From NCBI GenBank assembly GCA_003533505.1, contig DQGD01000004.1:3933-67932 (forward strand): DNA of 64,000 nucleotides, written 5' to 3'. Below the pieces are notes generated by a model that was not told where the DNA came from, made no database searches, and saw nothing but the letters and a program-made list of their open reading frames with translations. This DNA comes from Clostridiales bacterium. Its GTDB lineage: Bacteria > Bacillota > Clostridia > Christensenellales > Pumilibacteraceae. Positions within the stretch are counted from its first letter, which is position 1. Each line of letters begins with the position of its first letter. Positions 28,083 to 36,649 of the stretch are shown piece after piece. The position numbers were made by a program, and so were the translations under genes.

Positions 28083-31000
28083 ATGAGAACAAAGAAAGGC
28101 ATTGCAAAATTGCTGACGTTACTGGTCACGCTGATTGCGTGCGCGTGCTTCGCCGTCGCCTGCGCAGGCGACCCGGAGCCCACGCCTACGCCCGACCCCG
28201 GCACCGACGCGGATAACACTCCGAAAGCCTCGATAACGCTCGACAAGACCGAGCTGTCCATCGAGCTTCACGAGGGGTACACGCTGACGGCAACCGCCGA
28301 AAACGTGACGAGTGCGCTCGTGTGGACGAGTTCGGACGAGAGCGTGGCGACGGTTGACGGCGGCAAAATCAAGACACTGAAAGAGGGCAAAACCACCGTC
28401 ACTGCCGCAGCCGACGGCGCGGAAGCGACGTGCGCGGTTACGGTATTCGACGGAGGCACCGCTCCGGTACTCAGTATCGAAAATCCGTCCGTCAGCCTCG
28501 ACAAGGACGGCAAGTACGCGTTCGACGTGACTTCGCTGTGGAAGGGCAAGGCAATCGAGGACGAGAACATCGAGTACGATTGGAGATTGTCCGACGGCGC
28601 GGCGGAGGGCATAGCCTCCGTGAAAATGCGCGACGACGGAAAAGCCGAAGTCGAGGGCTTAGCCTACGGCGATACCGAATGGACGGTTTCGGCGAGCGTT
28701 TACGGACATAACCTTGCCGGCAGCGTAGCGATTAAAGTCGTCGACTCCAGCGTGAGTTATCGCGCCGGAGAGAATATAGAGAACACCGAGGACGGTTTCA
28801 GGGTAGACCTGTCGCTGTCGGGCATGAAGGGTTTACTCACCACGGCTATCAACGTTGACGTGTACGAGGAGGACGAAAAGTCCGACATGGCGCTCGAATG
28901 GACTCAGGTTGACGGCGCGGAGTACGTCGCCTACGAAAACGGTATGCTCACGGCAATCGCCGAGGGCACCGCGACGTTTACCGCCACCTACAAAAATAAC
29001 CCCGTCAAACTCACGGTAAACGCTTACCGCCCCGAAATCACGGTGGAAAAGAGCGTGCTTATGGAGAGAATCGGCGGCGAGGGTACCGGCACGATTAAGC
29101 TCGACTTCACCGGACTCGCCTTCGAGGACAAACCGATTGTGCTCGAAGGCACGGTAAACGGCGCGACCGTCATGGGCGCGGACGTTTTCTCCGCGTTCGA
29201 CGCCGAGAGCGGCACGCTCACCTACAACCGCGCAGGGCTTACCTCCGACAAGAGCGAAATGGGAAAAGCCGTCGCGATGACGATTGAAACCGACAAGGCA
29301 AGCTACGTCATGACCGCCGAGGTGGTCACCAAAGCGTTCGCTACGGCAGCCGAATATAACGAAATCGGAACTATTGCAAAACAGGTTACCGGCACGAATA
29401 ATTACGACGGTTACTTTATTCTTACCGCCGACCTCGATTTCGAGAACGACCGAACCAAGTACACCAGCGAAATTTCCAACACTGACGGCGGTACTTTCTA
29501 CGGCGTAATCGACGGCAGAGGTCACGTCATCAGAAACCTCACGATTACCACCAAAGGTACCTACGGTTGGAGCATGGCGTTTATTGGCAAGCTCGGCGAC
29601 GGCGCCGTGATTAAGAACCTCGGCATGACCAATGCGAGAATGGGCACGACCGAAGAAGGCGGCGGCGATACGTTCTTCTGTTCGAGCGGCAGCGGCGTTT
29701 ACACCGTCGAGAACGTCTACATCGAACTCACGTTCGGCAAAGTCACTTGGGGAGCGAATGTGTTCGGTTCGAGCATCAGAGGACTCAAAATAAAGAACGT
29801 AATAGTGAAAGTCGGCAATGCCGACGCTTATGCAAGACATTTTGCGTTCCAGATTTGCGTTGCCGACGGCTACGTTGACGGAGCTTACTTTGTGTGCGAC
29901 TCGACGAAATCGATTGCGCTTGCGCAGTACTACAAGGACGCGAACACCGCTGAAGCGAGCCTTGACGATTGTAAGGGAAGTTACGGCGTGTATGCTTCCG
30001 ACGACGCGATGAAAGCGGCGAACAACGATTACAGCTCGTTCAGGAGCGCGGACTTCTGGCAAATCACCGGCGACGGCTTGCCGTACCCGGCGAGCATGAA
30101 GTACGTCCGCACTGCGGTTTCGCACAAAATAAACGAAGTCGAAACGCTGGCTGACGGCGAAACCTATACCGTCGACATAAGCGACGTCGACGTGTTCGGC
30201 ACGCTCGAGTCCGTCACCGTGGGCGGAAATACCATGACCGCGTTCTCCTATGCGGACGGCAAAATCACGCTCAGCCGCGCGGAAACGGCAGCGACCGTGT
30301 TCGGCGAAAAAGCTGTAGTCGCGACCTTTAAAAGCGGCGACGACTCCGTTATCGTCACCAATAAAACGCTGTTTGTCACCAAGAAAATCGCTACCGTAGC
30401 CGATATGAACGCCATGGGAACGTATGCGGCGGCAGCTGCAGGAACGAGCGACAGATACGACGGCTACTTTATTCTTACCGCCGACCTCGATTTCGAAAGC
30501 GACGGATTAAAGTATACGAACGCAATGTCTAACAGCGCAGGTAATGCGTTCTACGGCACGATTGACGGCAGAGGTCATACTATCAAGAATTTGTACATTA
30601 CCACCGACGCGGTCGAGGGAATAGCCGCGTGGAACAGGTACTTTATCGGAAAGTTCGGAACCGGCGCGACTGTCAAGAATCTTGCGTTTACGAACGCGCG
30701 GTGCGGTGACGGAACGGGCGCTAAAAGCGGCGATACGTTCTTCACGCAGTCTACGGATAAAGGCAAAGGCGATATGTACAACATCGAGAACATATATATG
30801 GAATTGTCCGTCGGCGCAGGCTGGGGAAGATACGCTTTCGGCGCAGACCAACAGAACGGCTTTAAGGCGAAAAACGTCATTGTTAAAATGCTGAATACTA
30901 CCGCCACGACTAGTTGCAGCGCGCTCGCTTCCAATATGGTGGTGAACGAGGGTTATCTGAACGGCGTGTACTTCGTGTGCGCGGCTTCCGACGCAAAACT

Positions 31001-31184
31001 TGCGGCTAATTATAAGTGGGCAGGCGGAGCAAACGCGACCGCTCCGGACTCCAAGTTTGCCGCATTCTACGCTTCCGACGAGGCGATGAAGGAAGCCGGC
31101 AACGACTATTCCGCGTTCGCCGCTTCGGGCTATTGGACTGTTAAGGACGGCTTGCCCGTGTTCGGCGTACCTGCCGAGGCTTAA
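28083..31184 (+). CDS. Lipoprotein with Big_2 Ig-like domains and two 351-aa-spaced GLUG-like beta-helix modules
   Basis: The ATG at 28083 (AAGGAGAG RBS) gives MRTKKGIAKLL...CFAVAC (lipobox). The Big_2-like segment is LTATAENVTSALVWTSSDESVATVDGGKIKTLKEGKTTVTA. The duplicated module is YDGYFILTADLDFExD...FYGxIDGRGHxIxNLxITT at nt 29403 and 30456. Confidence 0.6.
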   Translation: MRTKKGIAKLLTLLVTLIACACFAVACAGDPEPTPTPDPGTDADNTPKASITLDKTELSIELHEGYTLTATAENVTSALVWTSSDESVATVDGGKIKTLKEGKTTVTAAADGAEATCAVTVFDGGTAPVLSIENPSVSLDKDGKYAFDVTSLWKGKAIEDENIEYDWRLSDGAAEGIASVKMRDDGKAEVEGLAYGDTEWTVSASVYGHNLAGSVAIKVVDSSVSYRAGENIENTEDGFRVDLSLSGMKGLLTTAINVDVYEEDEKSDMALEWTQVDGAEYVAYENGMLTAIAEGTATFTATYKNNPVKLTVNAYRPEITVEKSVLMERIGGEGTGTIKLDFTGLAFEDKPIVLEGTVNGATVMGADVFSAFDAESGTLTYNRAGLTSDKSEMGKAVAMTIETDKASYVMTAEVVTKAFATAAEYNEIGTIAKQVTGTNNYDGYFILTADLDFENDRTKYTSEISNTDGGTFYGVIDGRGHVIRNLTITTKGTYGWSMAFIGKLGDGAVIKNLGMTNARMGTTEEGGGDTFFCSSGSGVYTVENVYIELTFGKVTWGANVFGSSIRGLKIKNVIVKVGNADAYARHFAFQICVADGYVDGAYFVCDSTKSIALAQYYKDANTAEASLDDCKGSYGVYASDDAMKAANNDYSSFRSADFWQITGDGLPYPASMKYVRTAVSHKINEVETLADGETYTVDISDVDVFGTLESVTVGGNTMTAFSYADGKITLSRAETAATVFGEKAVVATFKSGDDSVIVTNKTLFVTKKIATVADMNAMGTYAAAAAGTSDRYDGYFILTADLDFESDGLKYTNAMSNSAGNAFYGTIDGRGHTIKNLYITTDAVEGIAAWNRYFIGKFGTGATVKNLAFTNARCGDGTGAKSGDTFFTQSTDKGKGDMYNIENIYMELSVGAGWGRYAFGADQQNGFKAKNVIVKMLNTTATTSCSALASNMVVNEGYLNGVYFVCAASDAKLAANYKWAGGANATAPDSKFAAFYASDEAMKEAGNDYSAFAASGYWTVKDGLPVFGVPAEA

Positions 31185-31225
31185 ACGCATATAAAACTTA
31201 CATCGTTATAACTACAAGGATTTGA

Positions 31226-32947
31226 ATGGAAAACATACTTGACTATCCCAATCCGTTGAAACGGCGAGCGAGCACACGGCTGCTGTGCGGCGAGTACTCG
31301 TTTCGCCGCGACGGCGGAGAATGGGAAAAAATCAACGTGCCGTACTGTCCCGAGAGCGAGTTGTCGGGCGTAGGCTACAAGGACTTTATACCGCTTTGCT
31401 ACTATAGGTGCGGCTTTACGATAGACGAGAGCGCGGAGAACAAGCGCACGATACTGCATTTCGGCGCGGTGAACTATTATGCCGAAGCGTATGTAAACGG
31501 GAATTACGTCGGCTCGCACAAGGGCGGCTACACGCCGTTCGAGTTTGATATCACCGACTATGTAAAGCGCGGCGAGAACGAACTTTCGGTGCGAGTGCGC
31601 ACGGGCGACCTAAGTAATTCCGCTCGCGGCAAGCAGTCGTACAAAAAGCAGTCGTTCGGGTGCTTTTACACGCGCGTGACGGGAATATGGCAGCCCGTAT
31701 GGCTGGAAACCGTGCCCGAAAATCGCGTCCGCGACTTCTATTTCCGTCCCGACGTTAAGAACTCGTCGGTGAACGTCGAGCTTCTGACCACCGGCAAGGG
31801 ACGTTATCGCGTGCGCGTGCTGTTTGACGGCAGAGAAGTCGGCTGCGCGAGCGGCGAAATCGCGTATAGGACAACGTTTGAGATAAAGCTGAGCGAGGTT
31901 CGGCTATGGCGCGAGGGCGAGGGCAACCTTTACGACGTCGTTATCGAATACGAGGGCGACGAAGTGCGCTCGTACTTCGGGCTGAGGGAAACGCGCTATG
32001 ACGGTATGGAATATACGCTGAACGGCAAACCGATTTTTCAGCGGTTCGTGATGGACCAGGGCTATTATACGGGCGGCGTTTACACTCCCCGTAGCGTTAT
32101 GGAATTCGCCGCCGACGTCGAGCGCGGCAAAGCGCTGGGCTTCAACGGCGTGCGGCTTCACCAGAAGCTGTCCGACCCGAGGCTTCTGTACGTTTGCGAC
32201 AAGGCAGGTTACATGGCGTGGGGCGAGTACCCTAGCTGGGGCATCGACTATTCGTCGCTCGACCACCTTGGGCAGTTTCTCGCCGAGTGGGAGGAAGCGG
32301 TGCGCCGCGACTTCAATCACCCGTCGATAATCACCTGGTGCCCGTTAAACGAGGTTTGGGGCGCGTGGGAAGAACCCGACAAGCTGGGCGACGGCAGATT
32401 CGCCGCCACGGTCTACGACTTTACCAAGCGCGTCGACGAAACCCGTCCCTGCGTGGACGTTTCGGGCGGCGTGCACGGCGAAAAAACCGATTTGTTCGAC
32501 TTTCACAGCTATGAAAAGACCGAGGACTTACAAAAGTACCTGACCAGGCTTGACGAAGCGGACGAGCTCGAGGTGCCGCTGTTGTACTGTTCCCAATCGG
32601 ACGCGCGTTATCGCGGCGGTCAGCCCGTGTCGTTCAGCGAGTGCGGCGGCATAGCCCTTGCGGACAGCTTCGACTCGGAGGAAACGGGCGAAATCAATCG
32701 CGGCGCGGTGCTGTCGGAGAGCGGCTGGGGCTATGGTAAACGCGAAAGAGAGGGCGACGAGTTCGTTGACCGTTATGAAAAGATTATCACGCTCGTGCAA
32801 TCGGCGAAAAAACTGTCTGGTTTTTGCTACACGCAGCTTTACGACGTAGAGCAGGAGGTAAACGGCTTTTACCGCGCCGACAGAACGGACAAGCTGACCG
32901 AAGCGCAAAAGCTCCGCATAAGGGAAATCAACCTTAAAAGAGTGTAA
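31226..32947 (+). CDS. Glycoside hydrolase family 2 (beta-galactosidase/glucuronidase-like)
   Basis: 573 aa. The GH2 sugar-binding-domain motif is FGAVNYYAEAYVNGNYVGSHKGGYTPFEFDITDYV, and the TIM-barrel segment GFNGVRLHQ is present. Confidence 0.8.
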   Translation: MENILDYPNPLKRRASTRLLCGEYSFRRDGGEWEKINVPYCPESELSGVGYKDFIPLCYYRCGFTIDESAENKRTILHFGAVNYYAEAYVNGNYVGSHKGGYTPFEFDITDYVKRGENELSVRVRTGDLSNSARGKQSYKKQSFGCFYTRVTGIWQPVWLETVPENRVRDFYFRPDVKNSSVNVELLTTGKGRYRVRVLFDGREVGCASGEIAYRTTFEIKLSEVRLWREGEGNLYDVVIEYEGDEVRSYFGLRETRYDGMEYTLNGKPIFQRFVMDQGYYTGGVYTPRSVMEFAADVERGKALGFNGVRLHQKLSDPRLLYVCDKAGYMAWGEYPSWGIDYSSLDHLGQFLAEWEEAVRRDFNHPSIITWCPLNEVWGAWEEPDKLGDGRFAATVYDFTKRVDETRPCVDVSGGVHGEKTDLFDFHSYEKTEDLQKYLTRLDEADELEVPLLYCSQSDARYRGGQPVSFSECGGIALADSFDSEETGEINRGAVLSESGWGYGKREREGDEFVDRYEKIITLVQSAKKLSGFCYTQLYDVEQEVNGFYRADRTDKLTEAQKLRIREINLKRV

Positions 32948-32965
32948 AACAAAATACGAGAACGA

Positions 32966-32997
32966 AAAGCGACTGTCGTCACGGCAGCCGCTTTTTG
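32966..32997 (+). terminator. Intrinsic terminator after the GH2 gene
   Basis: GCGACTGTCG / CGGCAGCCGC stem (1 mismatch, 1 G-U pair) followed by TTTTT. Confidence 0.5.
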
Positions 32998-33008
32998 TGT
33001 GTTTTATA

Positions 33009-33123
33009 GGGCTAAGTAATCGCTCCGTGCAGGGAATTCCGCGTCGCATAATACAGCCCCTTGACAGCCGTGGCTTGTATTATGCTCCTCTGAATGACGA
33101 TGTAAAACGGAGGTTGCACGTTT
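33009..33123 (-). repeat. Family-1 structured intergenic element, copy 3
   Basis: Minus-strand read: AAACGTGCAACCTCCGTTTTACATCGTCATTCAGAGGAG, hairpin GCATAATACAAGCC/GGCTGTATTATGC, then GACGCGGAATTCCCTGCACGGAGCGATTACTTAGCCC. Confidence 0.75.
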
Positions 33124-33190
33124 TATTTTTTCGGTTTAAGTCACAGCCACGGTTGTTACGCGTTGAATATGCTATTTCCTACTCCCGACT

Positions 33191-33280
33191 TTAAAAGAGT
33201 TGCGAGGGTCCGGGGACACAATCGATAGTGTCCCCAGCGACTTTTTTGATACTTTTTTCTTCGCTTGAAAAAAGTATACA
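33191..33280 (+). repeat. Family-3 twin-hairpin element, copy 1
   Basis: TTAAAAGAGTTGCGAGGG, hairpin GGGGACAC/GTGTCCCC followed by a T6 run, then hairpin ATACTTTTTT/AAAAAAGTAT. Homologous to 61322-61413. Confidence 0.75.
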
Positions 33281-33402
33281 CTGCACTCGCTGTAGAAAGT
33301 GTAGTGTTACCATTTACAATAACTATTCTACCAAAATAAAAACTAAATAAAAAGAAATCTAATATAAAATTCGGGTTAAAGGTGGCGAATTCGCGCTCCT
33401 TG

Positions 33403-34362
33403 CTATTTAATCGTCATTATGATGGCTTGATTGAAGTCGCCGAAGTTTTTGCCGAAAAGGTTTATGCCGCCGCGATGCACCGCCGACTCCTTGATGCCGA
33501 GCTCGAAGCGCACGGTGCCGCTGCCGCGTATACCCAGCGAGTCGAGAGTGTGTTCGGAGCTGACCGACACGCCGTCGAGCGAGGTTCCGAGCGGAGTGAT
33601 TTCAATCTTTTTCAGCAGTCCGTACTGCGTGCAGGTGACGGGCCAATACGACGGCGTGAACTTGCCGCGCGTGCCGCCGAAGTCGCCGGGCGAAGTGAAC
33701 GTCAGCACTTCCACGCCGTTTATCAGCACGGTGATGTCGCTGGGCCAATTCACGTTGTAGTTATTCGCCTCCGAGCACACCTCGAACGAGAACGACAGCG
33801 ACTGCATAGTGCGCTCGTGCATGAACTCGGCAGGCACGGGGAAGGTGTAGCCCAGCATGCCGGTATTGAACCAAATGCACTCGGCGTTCATGCGTTGGGG
33901 AGAGAAGAACGCCGCAGGGTTGTCCTTTATCGCGAGCGGCTCGACCGCGCCCAGCATGCCGCAGGGCGGCGTGACCGTGCACGAGGAAAACATGCCTATC
34001 GGCATTTCCGTGACGAACTCGCGTTGACCGTAGTCGGGGCGGCTGAAAAGCTGCGCGTCGAAAACGAAATTGCACGAAAGCGTTTCCTGCGCGCAGAACT
34101 TAGTGTGCCCCTTGATACCGGGCTGATAAGTGATGGATATAAGCCCGGCTTCGGCGAGGTCCTGCGCGTATCTCGACACCGTGGAAATGGGTATGCCCGT
34201 TTCGTTCGACAGCGTGGAAATGCTTTTGGGGTAGTACATAATCCCCTTGAGAATCCTGATTCTGTCCGTCGAAGCCAGCGCGTAGCAGCACTTCGCCATC
34301 TTTTCCATGTCGTCCGAATCGTCGATAAACAGCTTGATGTGCTTGTTTGCGTTTATGTCCAT
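33403..34362 (-). CDS. Winged-helix (ArsR-type) transcriptional regulator fused to a ~220-aa uncharacterised C-terminal domain
   Basis: Start taken at ATG 34362 (GAGGGGA RBS), giving MDINANKHIKLF..., 319 aa. The wHTH is CYALASTDRIRILKGIMYYPKSISTLSNETGIPISTVSRYAQDLAEAGLI. The plus-strand ORF 33382..34413 is an Arg/Ala/His-rich shadow. Confidence 0.6.
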   Translation of the reverse strand: MDINANKHIKLFIDDSDDMEKMAKCCYALASTDRIRILKGIMYYPKSISTLSNETGIPISTVSRYAQDLAEAGLISITYQPGIKGHTKFCAQETLSCNFVFDAQLFSRPDYGQREFVTEMPIGMFSSCTVTPPCGMLGAVEPLAIKDNPAAFFSPQRMNAECIWFNTGMLGYTFPVPAEFMHERTMQSLSFSFEVCSEANNYNVNWPSDITVLINGVEVLTFTSPGDFGGTRGKFTPSYWPVTCTQYGLLKKIEITPLGTSLDGVSVSSEHTLDSLGIRGSGTVRFELGIKESAVHRGGINLFGKNFGDFNQAIIMTIK

Positions 34363-34475
34363 TGCCCGTCCCCTCGTTTTTCCTTTGTTTTCACCACTTC
34401 GATTATACATTAAATCGTCCGCGGAGGCAAGCATTTTTCATATTTTGGCATTACTTTTAATATTTGGCAGTATAA

Positions 34476-35042
34476 TTATTTGCTGCCGAGCTCGGTAACG
34501 TCGTCGATAAGCCCCGCGCGGAGCTTGAAGCGAAACCTCGACGCATTGCCGTCCTCGCCCGAGAGGTAGAAAGCGCCGCCGTTTTCGGGGGCTTCGGGGT
34601 CGGGAAAGATTTCAGAATAGCCGTCAAAGAACGCCGACAGGGCTTCGTCGTCGGCAGCCGCGGACAGCTCCTTTGTGAGATAACGCCGCGCGGAAACGAA
34701 ATCGCCGTCCTTGACCGCGAAAAAGAACGCCGCGACGGGCGAATCGGCGCGCTTAGCCGCGCTTACCTGCGAGGGCGAGTAGACGTAGGCGTAGCGCGGA
34801 CTCAGCCGCAGCAGCGCGCACGAGGGCGACAGCGAGTAGACTTTGGCAAGCTCGGGATTGGAGCGCACTTCCGCCGCCGCGAGCTTGACCGTGTAGGGGA
34901 GAAACGCGGCGTTCAGCGGCAGTGCGGTTATGAAGTAGACCGCCTCGTCGTCTATGGAAATACTTTCAGCGCACTCGGTAAACGCGCCGTTTATGAGGAA
35001 CACCGCCTCGAAATCGCTTTTGACGTAGAGATTTTTTATCAT
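34476..35042 (-). CDS. Hypothetical protein
   Basis: 188-aa ORF with ordinary composition and no motif I recognise. No clear SD upstream. Confidence 0.4.
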   Translation of the reverse strand: MIKNLYVKSDFEAVFLINGAFTECAESISIDDEAVYFITALPLNAAFLPYTVKLAAAEVRSNPELAKVYSLSPSCALLRLSPRYAYVYSPSQVSAAKRADSPVAAFFFAVKDGDFVSARRYLTKELSAAADDEALSAFFDGYSEIFPDPEAPENGGAFYLSGEDGNASRFRFKLRAGLIDDVTELGSK

Positions 35043-35147
35043 AGTCTAGTATATTGCGGATATAACCTGCGTATGCCGCAGATTAAACGTATAAAAACCG
35101 TTTTTAAGACGATAATTAAGTAAAATCGTAAATCAGGGAGTCAGACT

Positions 35148-35729
35148 ATGGATAACAAATGGAGCATCGACGAAACAAAGCGGCTTTTCGACCTAGCGGC
35201 GCGCGCTGCCGACAGCGGCAAGGGCTTGTCGTCGGCGTTCGGCGAAATGGCGAGGGCGAGCGGCAAATCCGTCAACAGCGTCAGGAACTATTACTACTCG
35301 CAGCTCAGGCTGTTTGAAATGCTGCCCGAGTTTACCGACAAGCTCGGTATCCGCACGGTGGCAATGCGCCGCGAGAAGTTTAACGTGTTCACGGGCGAGG
35401 AAATCGACGCGTTGATAGAAACCGTGCTCGTGGGCAAGGCTCAGGGCAAGTCCGTCCGCGCGATTATCGCCGAAACGGCAAAGGGCGACAAAAAGCTCGC
35501 GCTGCGGCTGCAAAACAAGTACCGCTCGACGGTGGCGTGTCACCGCGACCGCGTGCAGGCGGTGGAGGACAGGCTGGCAGAACGCGGCGCGGACTACTTC
35601 GACCCGTACTCGAAGCGCGTCGTGCGCGGCGGCAAGCCCGAGGACAACGTGTCGCGGCTTGCCGAGTATATCTCGCGGCTGAGCGGCGCGGAAGTCGCCG
35701 ACGCGGTTAAAATGCTGCTTGGGAAATGA
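35148..35729 (+). CDS. Myb/SANT-like DNA-binding protein (RsfA-like, tentative)
   Basis: 193 aa. WSIDETKRLFDLAARAADSGKGLSSAFGEMARASGKSVNSVRNYYYSQLR resembles the W-x-x-E-D...AF-E...R-W pattern of the RsfA prespore regulator family. GGGAG RBS. Confidence 0.4.
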   Translation: MDNKWSIDETKRLFDLAARAADSGKGLSSAFGEMARASGKSVNSVRNYYYSQLRLFEMLPEFTDKLGIRTVAMRREKFNVFTGEEIDALIETVLVGKAQGKSVRAIIAETAKGDKKLALRLQNKYRSTVACHRDRVQAVEDRLAERGADYFDPYSKRVVRGGKPEDNVSRLAEYISRLSGAEVADAVKMLLGK

Positions 35730-35783
35730 CCGCGTTAAATTCGGGAAAAGCCGGAACCAAAAAATCGGAGAGAAGCCGATAAC

Positions 35784-35828
35784 AAAAAAAGCGTCGGGTA
35801 AACGCATTGCCCGGCGCGATTTTTTTTG
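35784..35828. terminator. Bidirectional terminator between 35148-35729(+) and the SGNH gene(-)
   Basis: GCGTCGGG/CCCGGCGC stem flanked by an A7 run and a T8 run. Confidence 0.55.
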
Positions 35829-35836
35829 GTTACGGT

Positions 35837-36604
35837 CTATCTTTTTTCGACAAGCGAAGTGCCGATAAAGCCGACTTCGCGAAAATCCTCGATGTGCTCG
35901 TCGATAATCGCGTCGGCAAGGCGCGAGATAAACTCGGCGGAGAGGAGGTAGCCGCTCGGCGTGAGGTGCCCGTTCATCATGTGGCGGCGGAAAAATTTTT
36001 CGTCGTAAAGCGGCGCGTACTCGAACAAATCGACTACATAAACGCCCTCGACTTTATTCGCGATTGCGTGCATAAGCTCGTGGTGAGTGCGTCTCAGCCT
36101 TGCGTGGAATTCGTCGTCGTCATAGCGGTCGGGCATGGTGACAAGGAAAAATTTGGCGCGCGGCTGGAGGTTTTTATAGCGCATAAGAAGCGTTCCGAAC
36201 CAGCCTGCGAACGTGTCGCGAAGCGGAGCCGCGCCGCTGTCGTCGAAGTCGTCGGGCGTGCCGGGATCCTGCTTTCTTCCGAACAGGTCGTTCTCGCCGA
36301 GCGCGAAGAAGTACGCCTGCGCCGCGAGCTCGGGGCGGAAGAAACGCATGCGGTCGCCGAAGGATTCGAGATATTCCTTGGCGGTCATGCCGCCGCGCGA
36401 GAAGTTGTACACGGTATTGCCGTATTTTCTTGCTATGTACTGACCCCAGGAGTACTCGAAATAATCGTTGTACTCGTAGGCGCCGTTTTTATCGACGGAG
36501 ACCAGCTCGCCCGACGACAGACTGTCGCCAACGCATGCGATAGTGCGGAAAATGCCCAGCCAACCGGCTTCCTTTTCGGCGTTTTTTAATATATCCTTAT
36601 CCAT
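35837..36604 (-). CDS. SGNH/GDSL-family hydrolase
   Basis: 255 aa. Block I is IACVGDSLSSGE, and the C-terminal DGHLT-like segment is NGHLTPSGY. Confidence 0.7.
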   Translation of the reverse strand: MDKDILKNAEKEAGWLGIFRTIACVGDSLSSGELVSVDKNGAYEYNDYFEYSWGQYIARKYGNTVYNFSRGGMTAKEYLESFGDRMRFFRPELAAQAYFFALGENDLFGRKQDPGTPDDFDDSGAAPLRDTFAGWFGTLLMRYKNLQPRAKFFLVTMPDRYDDDEFHARLRRTHHELMHAIANKVEGVYVVDLFEYAPLYDEKFFRRHMMNGHLTPSGYLLSAEFISRLADAIIDEHIEDFREVGFIGTSLVEKR

Positions 36605-36649
36605 AATTCTATTCCTTTTCGGGCGTTTTTACTAAGGCTTGCTTTCGGG

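Noticed and set aside
18894-33123. Inverted family-1 copies (18894+ / 33009-) bracketing the 14-kb glycan locus, considered as a composite mobile element
   Set aside because: There is no transposase, integrase or target duplication. The same inverted arrangement (50192+ / 61095-) brackets housekeeping genes (thyA, folA, tpiA, gpmI). The bracketing is therefore most simply a consequence of these repeats populating long intergenic gaps.
33382-34413. 343-aa plus-strand ORF mirror-imaging the wHTH regulator gene
   Set aside because: The plus-strand product is Arg/Ala/His-rich with no motif. The minus-strand product has a clear wHTH and a GAGGGGA RBS before ATG 34362.
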